DNA of 34,786 bases from Acidimicrobiales bacterium (GCA_030037405.1 JASHRK010000233.1:1-34786); one strand, 5' to 3'. Positions 1 to 7,592 are shown, numbered from the stretch's first letter. The notes: a model not told the origin generated them from the sequence alone. Numbers and translations: made by a program.

Positions 1-1336
1 CTTTGAGGAGGTAAGCCCATACCAGCATGTTCACGGGGTAGATGAAGTAGCCAAAGCGCGTGGCCGGCGCGACGACGGTGGCGAAGGCGAGGGCGTAGGC
101 AACGAAACGGGCCACTTCGCTCGCCGTCTTCGGGGGGTGCTTGCAGAGGGCCGCGAGCACGACCACCGTCGCCCCGCCGACGAGGGCGACCGTGAGCTCC
201 TTCTTGTAAGCGGGCAGCAGCTGCACGAGCGTCTGGCCGAAGAGCGGGCTCGCCGCCGGAGAGTGCACCTTCGTAAGGCCGAGAGGGAAAAGGACGACGT
301 TCTCGAAGAAGGCATGGGGCCCGAGGAGGACGCCCGAGCCGACAACCGGTACGACGACTAGGAGCATCGAGAGGCTGTAACGGAGCATCGCCGGCCTGTC
401 TTCCTCGTCTCGCACGCAGAGCACCGTGAGGACGATGAGGGGCCAAGCAGTCCACTTGAGCGTGCCGGCGAGGCCCATGAAGACGCCTGCCAGCACCGGT
501 TGGCGGCGAAGGACGAACACGAGGCCGAGGAGAAGGAGGGCGAGAACGGGCAGGTCGTCCCCACCAGTGACGAGTGGCAAGGCGCCCGTCGGCAGTACGA
601 CGAGGAACTGGAAGGCGCGCCACTTTCGTCGCCGCGGGGCCGGGACGAGGAAGAGGGCCAGGGCGACGACGATCAGCGTCGAGCCGGCAAGCTCCACGCG
701 GGCATCCGTCAGCTCGGCCGGCAGCTTGGCGGCGTTCAGCAGGCCGAGGAGCACCATTCCCGGCAGGTACGGGAAGAACGAGTTGGCGTCGACGGACTTG
801 CTGTCGCTTCCTGGCCCGACGCCTGGTGTCCTCGGGCTCGAAAGATAGGGGTCCTGCCAGCTGGCGAGGCGATCGCCGGCGCGCTCTATCGTCGCAACCT
901 CCGGCTGCGCCTGAGCCGCCGGGTGGCCCGTCGTGCGCGCTTCGGCCCGCCAGGTCACCTGCTGGCCGAGGGGCACGAGGACGGCAAAGACGAAGACGCC
1001 GAAGACCATCGCAGCGCGGAACCGGCTCGCTCCTCGGCTCCTCGCACCCCCCTCGAGATCGGCGGCTCCGCCGCCTGGGCTCGGCGGCGTCTCCGGCTCG
1101 TATGCCCACTGCCGATCGAGTCCTCGTCGTCTCGGGGCCAGCCGGAGCCGGTACACGATCTCGCAGATGCTGGCGGCCACGAGATAGGGCGCAAGCGCCG
1201 CCTCTCCCCATTCGCGGTAGTCGGCGCTCCCGCCAAAGAGCGCTTCGCCCGCCGCGAACCCGGCCGCGACGAGGTAGAGCAGGCTGTCCTGCCTCAACAC
1301 CGGTAGAGCAAGGGCCCACGATCGGGCGCGCTGCAT
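1..1336 (-). CDS. Polytopic integral membrane protein, candidate GT-C / GT87 (DUF2029, PimE-like) glycosyltransferase; 3' end runs off the window
   Basis: Absent from the ORF track because it has no stop inside the window. The reverse strand is open from ATG (1336-1334) to position 1, 445 codons: MQRARSWALALPVLRQDSLLYLVAAGF...NSFFPYLPGMVLLGLLNAAKL...FMGLAGTLKWTAWPLIVL...RFGYFIYPVNMLVWAYLLK. It has many hydrophobic spans and very high third-position GC. The family call rests on topology and an FxPYxPG-like loop, not on a search. In-frame GTGs upstream of 1336 are alternative starts. Confidence 0.6.
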   Translation of the reverse strand, partial: MQRARSWALALPVLRQDSLLYLVAAGFAAGEALFGGSADYREWGEAALAPYLVAASICEIVYRLRLAPRRRGLDRQWAYEPETPPSPGGGAADLEGGARSRGASRFRAAMVFGVFVFAVLVPLGQQVTWRAEARTTGHPAAQAQPEVATIERAGDRLASWQDPYLSSPRTPGVGPGSDSKSVDANSFFPYLPGMVLLGLLNAAKLPAELTDARVELAGSTLIVVALALFLVPAPRRRKWRAFQFLVVLPTGALPLVTGGDDLPVLALLLLGLVFVLRRQPVLAGVFMGLAGTLKWTAWPLIVLTVLCVRDEEDRPAMLRYSLSMLLVVVPVVGSGVLLGPHAFFENVVLFPLGLTKVHSPAASPLFGQTLVQLLPAYKKELTVALVGGATVVVLAALCKHPPKTASEVARFVAYALAFATVVAPATRFGYFIYPVNMLVWAYLLK

Positions 1337-1435
1337 CAGAGAACGCACGCGAGCCACGCACCTATCGTACGTTGCGCGACGACAGAGCACGGTGCTCCCG
1401 ACCGGCCAAGCCGCGCGCCCTCAGGCGGGCCGGCA

Positions 1436-1450
1436 GCCCCGTTGCGGGGC
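1436..1450 (-). terminator. Weak candidate intrinsic terminator hairpin after the peroxiredoxin gene
   Basis: GCCCCG-ttg-CGGGGC: 6-bp GC stem and 3-nt loop, 13 nt downstream of the stop at 1463. No U-tract follows. Confidence 0.25.
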
Positions 1451-1462
1451 CACCGGCGCGTC

Positions 1463-2098
1463 TCAGCGGTTGGGCTGGGGCGTGTAACGCAGGTAGGGCT
1501 TGAGCGTTCGGAAGCCCTTTGGGAACTTCTCCTTGGCGGACTCGTCGTCGATGGCCGGGGCGATGATCACGTCCTCGCCGTCGACCCAGTTGACGGGGGT
1601 GGAGACGGAGTAGTTGGCGGTGAGCTGCACCGAGTCGATGACGCGGAGGATCTCCTCGAAGTTCCTTCCTGTGCTCGCCGGATAGGTGAGGGTCAGCTTG
1701 ATCTTCTTGTCGGGACCGATCACGAACACCGACCTGACGGTGAGAGTCTCCAGGGCTTGTGGATGGATCATGCCGTAGAGGTCGGCCACGGTCCGGTCCT
1801 CGTCGCCGATCAGCGGGTAGTTCAACCGGTGGCCGGTGACCTCCGCGATATCGCTGGCCCATTCGTGGTGGGAGGCGACGGGATCGACCGAGACGCCGAT
1901 CACCTTCGTGCCGCGCTTTGCGAACTCGTCCTTCAGGCGTGCGACCTCTCCGAGCTCGGTCGTGCACACAGGGGTGAAGTCCTTCGGGTGGGAAAAAAGG
2001 ATGCCCCAGCCGTCCCCGAGCCACTCGTGGAAGTGGATCTCCCCCTCGGTGCTCGGTGCTGTGAAGTCAGGGGCGATGTCGCCGAGCTGCAGAGCCAT
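1463..2098 (-). CDS. 1-Cys peroxiredoxin (Prx6 subfamily, AhpC/TSA family)
   Basis: 211 aa, MALQLGDIAPDFTAPSTEGEIHFHEWLGDGWGILFSHPKDFTPVCTTELGE. It carries the canonical PVCTTE peroxidatic Cys motif and a 1-Cys Prx C-terminal region. An AGGAG Shine-Dalgarno lies 6 nt upstream of the ATG. Confidence 0.93.
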   Translation of the reverse strand: MALQLGDIAPDFTAPSTEGEIHFHEWLGDGWGILFSHPKDFTPVCTTELGEVARLKDEFAKRGTKVIGVSVDPVASHHEWASDIAEVTGHRLNYPLIGDEDRTVADLYGMIHPQALETLTVRSVFVIGPDKKIKLTLTYPASTGRNFEEILRVIDSVQLTANYSVSTPVNWVDGEDVIIAPAIDDESAKEKFPKGFRTLKPYLRYTPQPNR

Positions 2099-2158
2099 GG
2101 TCGTCTCCTGTCTTTCGATTTCTGCTGCTTTTTGAACGTGCCCTTCCGGCGCGTTCCA

Positions 2159-2183
2159 TGACTAATGCCGATGACATTAGTCA
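2159..2183. promoter_or_regulatory. Perfect AT-rich inverted repeat TGACTAATG-N7-CATTAGTCA, candidate operator upstream of the peroxiredoxin gene
   Basis: The 9-bp arms are fully complementary (2159-2167 and 2175-2183). The centre is about 73 bp upstream of the prx ATG at 2098. It is AT-rich within GC-rich DNA. Confidence 0.4.
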
Positions 2184-2226
2184 GCTTTCGGCGGGGCCGT
2201 GCACTCGACGGGCAAGTAGCACCCTT

Positions 2227-3036
2227 TCACGCCGCAGTTCCCATCGGAGCGCGGCTCAGGCAGCTCTTCAGGCAGGAGCCGCTACCGGGGGGGAGGTTGC
2301 CGAGCTCCGCCCAGTAGGAAGCGGTGGCGGCGCTATGGGCGGGCCGCACGATACGACCGAGCGTGACCACCGCCTTCACGTGAGCCCCGGCCCCAACCAT
2401 GGCAGCGGCCGCGCTCATGGACCGTGCTCCTGAGACGAATAGGTCCTCGAGGACGATCACGTCCCGGCCGGAGACCTCTCGGGTGGCGAGGTAACCCTCC
2501 CCTCGTGGACAGAGCCGCCCCGGAGGGCGATCCGCCGGCTCCAGCGCGACGAGGAGCTCGAGGTTCCTCACCCCCGAGCGCTCGACGGCGCGACCTCCAC
2601 AGATAGAGAGGGGATGAAGAGCTCCCCATGAGGCCCGCCCCCCGCTCGACGAGGGCACGGGGACGACCCCGAGTCGCCCTGCCTCCGGCCTGAGGCACCC
2701 GTGCTCGAGGCAGGGCGCGTGCTCCCTCAACCAGTCGCTGAGAAGCTCGCTGAGAGCCGACGCCGCCGCTTCCCGTACTTGGCCGGACCGGGCGGCCTTG
2801 TAGGCGACGAGGGCGGCGTGGGCGCCACTGCTGGCTTCTAGGAGGAACAGGGGGACCACTGGCCAGAGCGGACGTCCGAGACGCCGGGCAACCGTAAGGC
2901 AGCTCCAGCAGACGTCGCACCCAGGGCGAGCGGGTCCACGACAGACCCGGCAGATCGCGTAGCCGCCCGGCACGGCACCTGTCGCGGGAGACGGGACGCC
3001 GACACGTCCGGTGAGCGGGAAGGGGGAAGCTGCCAC
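2227..3036 (-). CDS. ComF family protein / phosphoribosyltransferase with N-terminal double zinc ribbon
   Basis: 269 aa. N-terminal CRVC...CDVCWSC Cys pairs. C-terminal PRT-type loop VIVLEDLFVSGARSMSAAAAMVGAGA, which diverges from the usual VDDVxTTGAT. Confidence 0.6.
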   Translation of the reverse strand: MAASPFPLTGRVGVPSPATGAVPGGYAICRVCRGPARPGCDVCWSCLTVARRLGRPLWPVVPLFLLEASSGAHAALVAYKAARSGQVREAAASALSELLSDWLREHAPCLEHGCLRPEAGRLGVVPVPSSSGGRASWGALHPLSICGGRAVERSGVRNLELLVALEPADRPPGRLCPRGEGYLATREVSGRDVIVLEDLFVSGARSMSAAAAMVGAGAHVKAVVTLGRIVRPAHSAATASYWAELGNLPPGSGSCLKSCLSRAPMGTAA

Positions 3037-3120
3037 GAGCCAACGTTACGGCGAGGCTGTAACAGGCCTCAGGGCCTGAGAAGGAGCGCGCGACGTCGAA
3101 GACGTCCCGCCGGACCGCGA

Positions 3121-3627
3121 CTACCCGGCGACGGTTCCGTCGGGATCGAGCAGTGAGCACAAGACGTCTTCCATGTTGTCGAAGTTCGCTTCGAGGCCAT
3201 CGGTGCCGGTCCAATGGTCACGGCTCGCCTTGTCGGGGAACGCCAGTTTCCAGGTCATCTTGGTCACGCCTTTGGTCTCGTGCAGGTCCACCGACTCGAT
3301 GGCTTCCACACCCGGCCATCCGTCGAACCTCCACGTCCCGGCGAGCCGGGTCGGCGGCTCGATCTCCAGGTAGGTACCGCGAAACGAGCACTCCGTTCCG
3401 TCCTCGGTCACGAAAACAAAGTGCGAGCTCCCTCCCACGCGCAGGTCGATCGAGCACACCGTCACCTCTTCCCCAAATGGAGCGACGTGTTTGCGCACAT
3501 GCTCGGGCTTTGTCAGGACCTCGAAGACGAGCTCGATCGGAGCGTCGAATTCACGGGTGACGACGATCTCAAGCTCGTTCGGCAGTTCTACGACTGCCGA
3601 TCCATGTCGTGTGCGAGCCACTTTCAT
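3121..3627 (-). CDS. SRPBCC superfamily protein, AHSA1 (activator of Hsp90 ATPase homolog 1-like) domain
   Basis: 168 aa, ELEIVVTREFDAPIELVFEVLTKPEHVRKH...RLAGTWRF, typical of the AHSA1/SRPBCC fold. Its start overlaps the arsR stop by 4 nt (3624-3627), the usual arsR-AHSA1 pairing. Confidence 0.8.
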   Translation of the reverse strand: MKVARTRHGSAVVELPNELEIVVTREFDAPIELVFEVLTKPEHVRKHVAPFGEEVTVCSIDLRVGGSSHFVFVTEDGTECSFRGTYLEIEPPTRLAGTWRFDGWPGVEAIESVDLHETKGVTKMTWKLAFPDKASRDHWTGTDGLEANFDNMEDVLCSLLDPDGTVAG

Positions 3628-3959
3628 TCTCCCTGTCGTTGTAGGTCTTGGAGGTAGTCATCTATTCGGTCGAGCCGCTCGTTCACCGTCTGCTCGTATT
3701 GCGCCAACCACTCGCGCAGCGGTCGCAGTCGCAGCGGTTCTACGCGGTAGAGCCTGCGCCGTCCTTCCGCTCGGCACCGCACGAGCCCCACGTCGTCGAG
3801 CACTCGAAGGTGCTTTGACACCTGAGGTTGGGGCAGAGAAAGGTCGTCCACGATCGTCCCGACCGCCTTTTCTCCGGCAATCAGGGAGTCGAGGATCCTG
3901 CGGCGGTGCACGTCCGCCACCGCAGTGAAGATGTCGGAGGTGGCCGCGGACCTGGACAC
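3624..3959 (-). CDS. ArsR/SmtB family transcriptional regulator (winged HTH)
   Basis: 111 aa, FTAVADVHRRRILDSLIAGEKAVGTIVDDLSLPQPQVSKHLRVLDDVGLV, the canonical ArsR HTH. GTG start at 3959. Confidence 0.9.
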   Translation of the reverse strand: MSRSAATSDIFTAVADVHRRRILDSLIAGEKAVGTIVDDLSLPQPQVSKHLRVLDDVGLVRCRAEGRRRLYRVEPLRLRPLREWLAQYEQTVNERLDRIDDYLQDLQRQGE

Positions 3960-3965
3960 GGCGTC

Positions 3966-3993
3966 ATCATATTCCGAATCAGGAATATGTCAA
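3966..3993 (-). promoter_or_regulatory. Near-consensus sigma-A type promoter of the arsR-SRPBCC operon, predicting a leaderless transcript
   Basis: The minus strand reads TTGACA (3993-3988), a 16-nt spacer, TATGAT (3971-3966), then 6 nt (gacgcc) before the GTG start at 3959. There is no room for a Shine-Dalgarno. Confidence 0.55.
3968..3989. promoter_or_regulatory. Perfect inverted repeat CATATTCC-N6-GGAATATG, probable ArsR autoregulatory operator
   Basis: The 8-bp arms are fully complementary. The repeat spans the promoter spacer and overlaps both the -35 and -10 hexamers of the arsR promoter. Confidence 0.5.
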
Positions 3994-4073
3994 CTGCTTC
4001 GAGGCACGGCCATGCGTCACCCCGCTGGAACGGGGCAGTCGCGCGAAAGAGCGCCCGACCCCTGACCCCGCTG

Positions 4074-5873
4074 CTACGGGCTCGTCGTAGTGCTCGTAGT
4101 GCTCGTCGTCGGAGGCACCGTCGTCGTAGTCGTCGTCGGCGGCACGGTCGTCGTCGTGCTCGTAGTGGTCGTGCTCGTCGTCGGAGGCACCGTCGTCGTC
4201 GTCGTGGTCGTCGTAGTGCTCGTCGTCGGAGGCGCGGATGCCGTCGAAGCGGGAGCGATGATGCGCAGCTGCGTGCCGAACTGGGCGAGAGTCACCGCCA
4301 GGCTCAGGCTGCCCGAGGCGAAGCCGAGCAGCCGGGGAAGGGTGGAAACGACACGCTCGACGAGGCCACCGGGCGACACCCATGCCGTTACGGAAAGGTC
4401 GTCAGTGCCGAGCAGATTGGCGAGGCGAGCCATCTCCGGCCCGGCCTGGCGCACCCGTGCCGCAGCTCTCGAGAGCTCGACTGTGCCTGAGTAGCCGCTG
4501 TAGCGCACGCCTCCCACCGTTATCTCCCCGGCCGCCCTCGCCGGCGCCGTGGCCCCCTGGAGCTCGTCCACTTGCCACCAAAGGTCGTTCTCGGCGAGGT
4601 CGAGCGGGGCGGCGGCAGCGTCCGGTAGGGAGTGCGCCAGGTGACCCGAATACGGCAGCCACCTTCCTTGCGGCACCCTGGCGAGAACGGCGAGGGCGTG
4701 CGGGAGCCGCACGTCGACGAGCTGCCGGGGCCCGACACGGGTCTCGACGAGCGCGATGTCGCCAAACGGCGGCAGGTTGAGTGCAATCGAGGCGGCGCGT
4801 TCCCGGATGTCGACCCGAGCAGTGCCGCTCGCGAGCCGCCGGCCGGCCCGCCCCGCCTGCGTTAGCCGGAAGTCGAGAACGTAGGAACCCTTCGAGTCGG
4901 TTATCCCCACCGCACGCTCGAGGACGGCGTAAGCGGGGCGCGAAGGCTCCGACGACCGCTCGTGGTCCGCGCTCTTCGGCGCCGGGATCGTCGTTGGCAG
5001 CAGGGCCTTGCCCCGGGCGAGAACGGCTGCCGGGCCGACCTTGCGGTAGTAGGCGGCCCACGCAGCAACGAGCGAGAGGTAGTGCCTCGACCTGTTGTAG
5101 GCGAGGACGGCGGCGTCGAAGCCCGCTGTGGTGGCGAGATTGCTCCCGTTTGCGCACAAGTAGACGCCGGCGGTCAGCGTCGCGTCCCAGAAGTTCTGTG
5201 GGCTGACCGGGCCGGTGCCGCTCACATCCTGGGCATACTCAGCCCAAGTCCCGGGGAGGAACTGCATCGGCCCGAGGGCACGCACCCACTTCTCGCCACG
5301 GTGTCCGGGGCGAGACGGCGCTCGGTCGGCCGCACGCCCCCGGGAACCGTCGAGGGGCGGTCCGAGGATAGGAGGGCTCACCGTGCCGTTCGCCGTCACG
5401 CGCGCCTTGCTGCCCCATGTGAGGCCGTTGTCCGACTCGACCGTCCCGATGGCGGCGAGGTCGAACCAGGTGAGATGGCAGCCCGGGTCGGACTGCGTGA
5501 GAACCTTCGCCGCGTGCGAGTAAGCGGCCATGGCGATCGAGGGCACGCCCGCGCTCGTCGCCACGATCGCAGGCGGCTGGCGGGCAAAGCGCGCCCTTCC
5601 CGTCGTGGCGCTCTCGCCATGCGGGAGCGACTGCAGGTACTCCGGCGTCAGCGCCTGGCGGGCGTGGCTGTTGAGAAGGACCGTGTGCTTGTGGTGGGGG
5701 TGGCTCGCCTGACGGGCTGCGGCGGGAGCTGTCGCGGGCAAGCTCAGCAGCCCGAGCACGAGGACGAGCGCGACTGGCAGGAGGATGAAGCTGAAGACAC
5801 GCTGCCGCCACGGAATACCGTGGAGCCCGCCAAGCATCCGGCAATTCTGCCCTCGTCGCCTCGCCCGGTCCAA
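4074..5873 (-). CDS. Secreted lytic transglycosylase (MltB/SLT_2-like) fused to an uncharacterised domain and a C-terminal Thr/Pro-rich tail
   Basis: 599 aa. N-terminal hydrophobic signal/anchor (FSFILLPVALVLVLGLLSLPATAPAAA). Catalytic region AAIGTVESDNG...ALGPMQFLPGTWAEYAQDVSG...NFWDATLTAGVYLCANG. The last 60 aa are almost only T, P, S and V. The start could be M1 (5873) or M13 (5837). Confidence 0.75.
   Translation of the reverse strand: MDRARRRGQNCRMLGGLHGIPWRQRVFSFILLPVALVLVLGLLSLPATAPAAARQASHPHHKHTVLLNSHARQALTPEYLQSLPHGESATTGRARFARQPPAIVATSAGVPSIAMAAYSHAAKVLTQSDPGCHLTWFDLAAIGTVESDNGLTWGSKARVTANGTVSPPILGPPLDGSRGRAADRAPSRPGHRGEKWVRALGPMQFLPGTWAEYAQDVSGTGPVSPQNFWDATLTAGVYLCANGSNLATTAGFDAAVLAYNRSRHYLSLVAAWAAYYRKVGPAAVLARGKALLPTTIPAPKSADHERSSEPSRPAYAVLERAVGITDSKGSYVLDFRLTQAGRAGRRLASGTARVDIRERAASIALNLPPFGDIALVETRVGPRQLVDVRLPHALAVLARVPQGRWLPYSGHLAHSLPDAAAAPLDLAENDLWWQVDELQGATAPARAAGEITVGGVRYSGYSGTVELSRAAARVRQAGPEMARLANLLGTDDLSVTAWVSPGGLVERVVSTLPRLLGFASGSLSLAVTLAQFGTQLRIIAPASTASAPPTTSTTTTTTTTTVPPTTSTTTTSTTTTVPPTTTTTTVPPTTSTTSTTTSP
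4077..4256 (-). repeat. Coding low-complexity tandem repeat (Thr/Pro tail, three VPPTT units)
   Basis: On the plus strand it reads as reiterated gtcgtcgt / gtgctcgtcgtcggaggcaccgtcgtcgt units, encoding APPTTSTTTTTTTTTVPPTTSTTTTSTTTTVPPTTTTTTVPPTTSTTSTTTSP. Confidence 0.85.
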
Positions 5874-5897
5874 CCACGGGGCCTGGGCGCTGCGGAT

Positions 5898-7592
5898 CTA
5901 CCGGTAGCTTCCCCCGCTCGGTGGCACGCGAAGCTCCCGTCCCCAGGTGAGCACCCGGTATGTCCCGACGGCTCTGACCTCGACGGGGCGCCCGAAGCTC
6001 GACGTCGCCGACGCCAGGTCGACTCCACCCCACGGGTTGGCGAGGTTGTACACGAGAAACTGGAATCGCCTCGTGTACCAGGTCGACGTAGAGGCTTTCG
6101 TGTAGCGCACGAGGCGATCACTGACCGAGGCGATGACCGGTCGCACTACCACGTGCTCGTCCGAGTCGACCGTCACGATCGAGGCGCTCCAGTAGTCTCC
6201 GATGCCCCGTTCGAGGTGGTGGCGTTCGAGGTACCTCGCCAGACCGGTCGAGAGCGAGGGGGGCGCCGCCACCGACAGGGTGTCGACGAAGGTCGCGACA
6301 TAGCCGGCGACGACAGCTGCCGAAAGCACCACGGTCGCTGCCCTGAAGGCCGTCGAACGCCAGATTCTCCGGCGCGACTCGAGACCCGGAGCGAAGACGA
6401 TCTCGGTAAGACGTCCCGCCAGGCGGCCGGCGAGGACCGATCCGAAGACGACCGCCGAGGTGAGATAGCGCCCGTAGGCCGCCAAGGGAGATGCCGCAAG
6501 GACGACGAAGATGGCGACGCTTCCGACGAAGGCGAGCACGAGGACGTCGCTCCACCACGCTTCCTCGGCAGCGGGGCTTCCAACGTCGGGCGCCGGAGCC
6601 GGCCTGTGGGCGAGCACTATCCCGACGACTGGCCGGAGCACCCTGTACGCCGCGATCGCGAGGGCGAAGACGCCGAGGGCGACGCCGAAGCCGTGCAGCA
6701 CTTCGAGAAGACGGGGCACCGAGGGTGCTCCGAAGGGGAAGGAACCTGCACCACCGAGCGCCGCCCCCCAGCGAAAGATATGCCGGATGTTCAAGAGCAT
6801 CTCGTGCAGATCGGCGCTCGGGTCGTGCGAGAGCGAGAAGGTTCCCACGAGGCTCGCTGCCAGCCTGACGATGATGGTGAGAAGGACGCTTCCCGCTGCG
6901 GCCGCGATAGCGGGGAGCCCCCGTCTCAACTGCCGCGCCCGCAGGGAACAGAGGGCTCCGGCGAGCGCCACCGGGGCGACACCGAGGACGGCCGCCTGGA
7001 GGTCGCCAAGCATCGCCGCCGCGAGGAAGCAGATGGAGAGGGCGAAACCCAGCCCGTAGCGACCGCGACGCAGACCGACGAAAGCGAGGAGGCACCAGAG
7101 CGTCGTGACGACATGCAAGGGGCCCATGAGGAAGAACTGCGCCAAGGCGTGAGTCGGGAGCCCGAGAAGCACCACGACGCTGCCGGCCCCTACCATCGCC
7201 GCCGCCCCGCTCTTGTGGCGCTGCGCGATCCAGGCGCCGGTCACGACAACGAGCGCTGCGGCGACTGCCGGCACGAGGTGCAGGAGCTCCGGGCGGACGC
7301 CGATGAGCGCTGTGGCCAGGGCATAGAGGAGAACGTCGACGAGCCACCACGAGTCGAGAGAAAGCGCCCAGTGCTCCAGCGTGAGGTTGCCGCCCGCGAA
7401 AGCCTGACCCTCGAGGATGACCGAGGCCCCGTCGGAGTTGCCGGGGGCAGCATGTATCGACGCCGCATAGAGAGCCACCGACAGGACGGCAACTCCTGCG
7501 ACGCAGACGAGAGCCCAGGCGCCGCGGCGAGCGGTGCTGACGCCCGGCTGCTCGGTGGCCATCGGTCGGCAACTTAACGCGGGTGAGCTCAC
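5898..7592 (-). CDS. Large polytopic membrane protein with C-terminal extracytoplasmic domain, GT-C-fold glycosyltransferase-like (function unproven)
   Basis: 564 aa with more than 10 predicted hydrophobic spans. The first loop contains NSDGASVILEGQAF, an acidic motif in the position used by GT-C enzymes. The soluble C-terminal ~130 aa reads GIGDYWSASIVTVDSDEHVVVRPV. It ends 24 nt upstream of the lytic transglycosylase gene on the same strand. Alternative start at M11 (7562). Confidence 0.55.
   Translation of the reverse strand: MSSPALSCRPMATEQPGVSTARRGAWALVCVAGVAVLSVALYAASIHAAPGNSDGASVILEGQAFAGGNLTLEHWALSLDSWWLVDVLLYALATALIGVRPELLHLVPAVAAALVVVTGAWIAQRHKSGAAAMVGAGSVVVLLGLPTHALAQFFLMGPLHVVTTLWCLLAFVGLRRGRYGLGFALSICFLAAAMLGDLQAAVLGVAPVALAGALCSLRARQLRRGLPAIAAAAGSVLLTIIVRLAASLVGTFSLSHDPSADLHEMLLNIRHIFRWGAALGGAGSFPFGAPSVPRLLEVLHGFGVALGVFALAIAAYRVLRPVVGIVLAHRPAPAPDVGSPAAEEAWWSDVLVLAFVGSVAIFVVLAASPLAAYGRYLTSAVVFGSVLAGRLAGRLTEIVFAPGLESRRRIWRSTAFRAATVVLSAAVVAGYVATFVDTLSVAAPPSLSTGLARYLERHHLERGIGDYWSASIVTVDSDEHVVVRPVIASVSDRLVRYTKASTSTWYTRRFQFLVYNLANPWGGVDLASATSSFGRPVEVRAVGTYRVLTWGRELRVPPSGGSYR

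Noticed and set aside
3060-3120. Small GC hairpins (GACGTC-gaa-GACGTC, CAGGCC-ctga-GGCCTG) after the SRPBCC gene, and similar weak hairpins near 10496-10530 and 32730-32760, as terminators
   Set aside because: The stems are only 5-6 bp, lack U-tracts, and are of a kind expected by chance in GC-rich DNA. They are not reported as features.
4077-4256. Short tandem repeats that might be taken for a CRISPR-like or non-coding VNTR array
   Set aside because: The repeats are in frame inside the lytic transglycosylase ORF, encode Thr/Pro/Ser/Val, and have no spacer structure. They are a coding low-complexity tail.
4962-7577. 871-aa plus-strand ORF, together with the similar long ORFs 6118-8082 (-), 7911-8864 (+), 8786-10123 (-), 14760-17360 (-), 18463-19755 (-), 24911-26590 (-), 27723-29003 (-), 29092-30393 (-), 30441-32093 (-), and 500-1306 / 574-1503 (+)
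   Set aside because: All are antisense or off-frame to ORFs with clear family signatures. Their translations are Arg/Gly/Pro/Asp/Glu-rich low-complexity strings with no motifs. This is the expected stop-codon-poor artefact of ~70% GC DNA.
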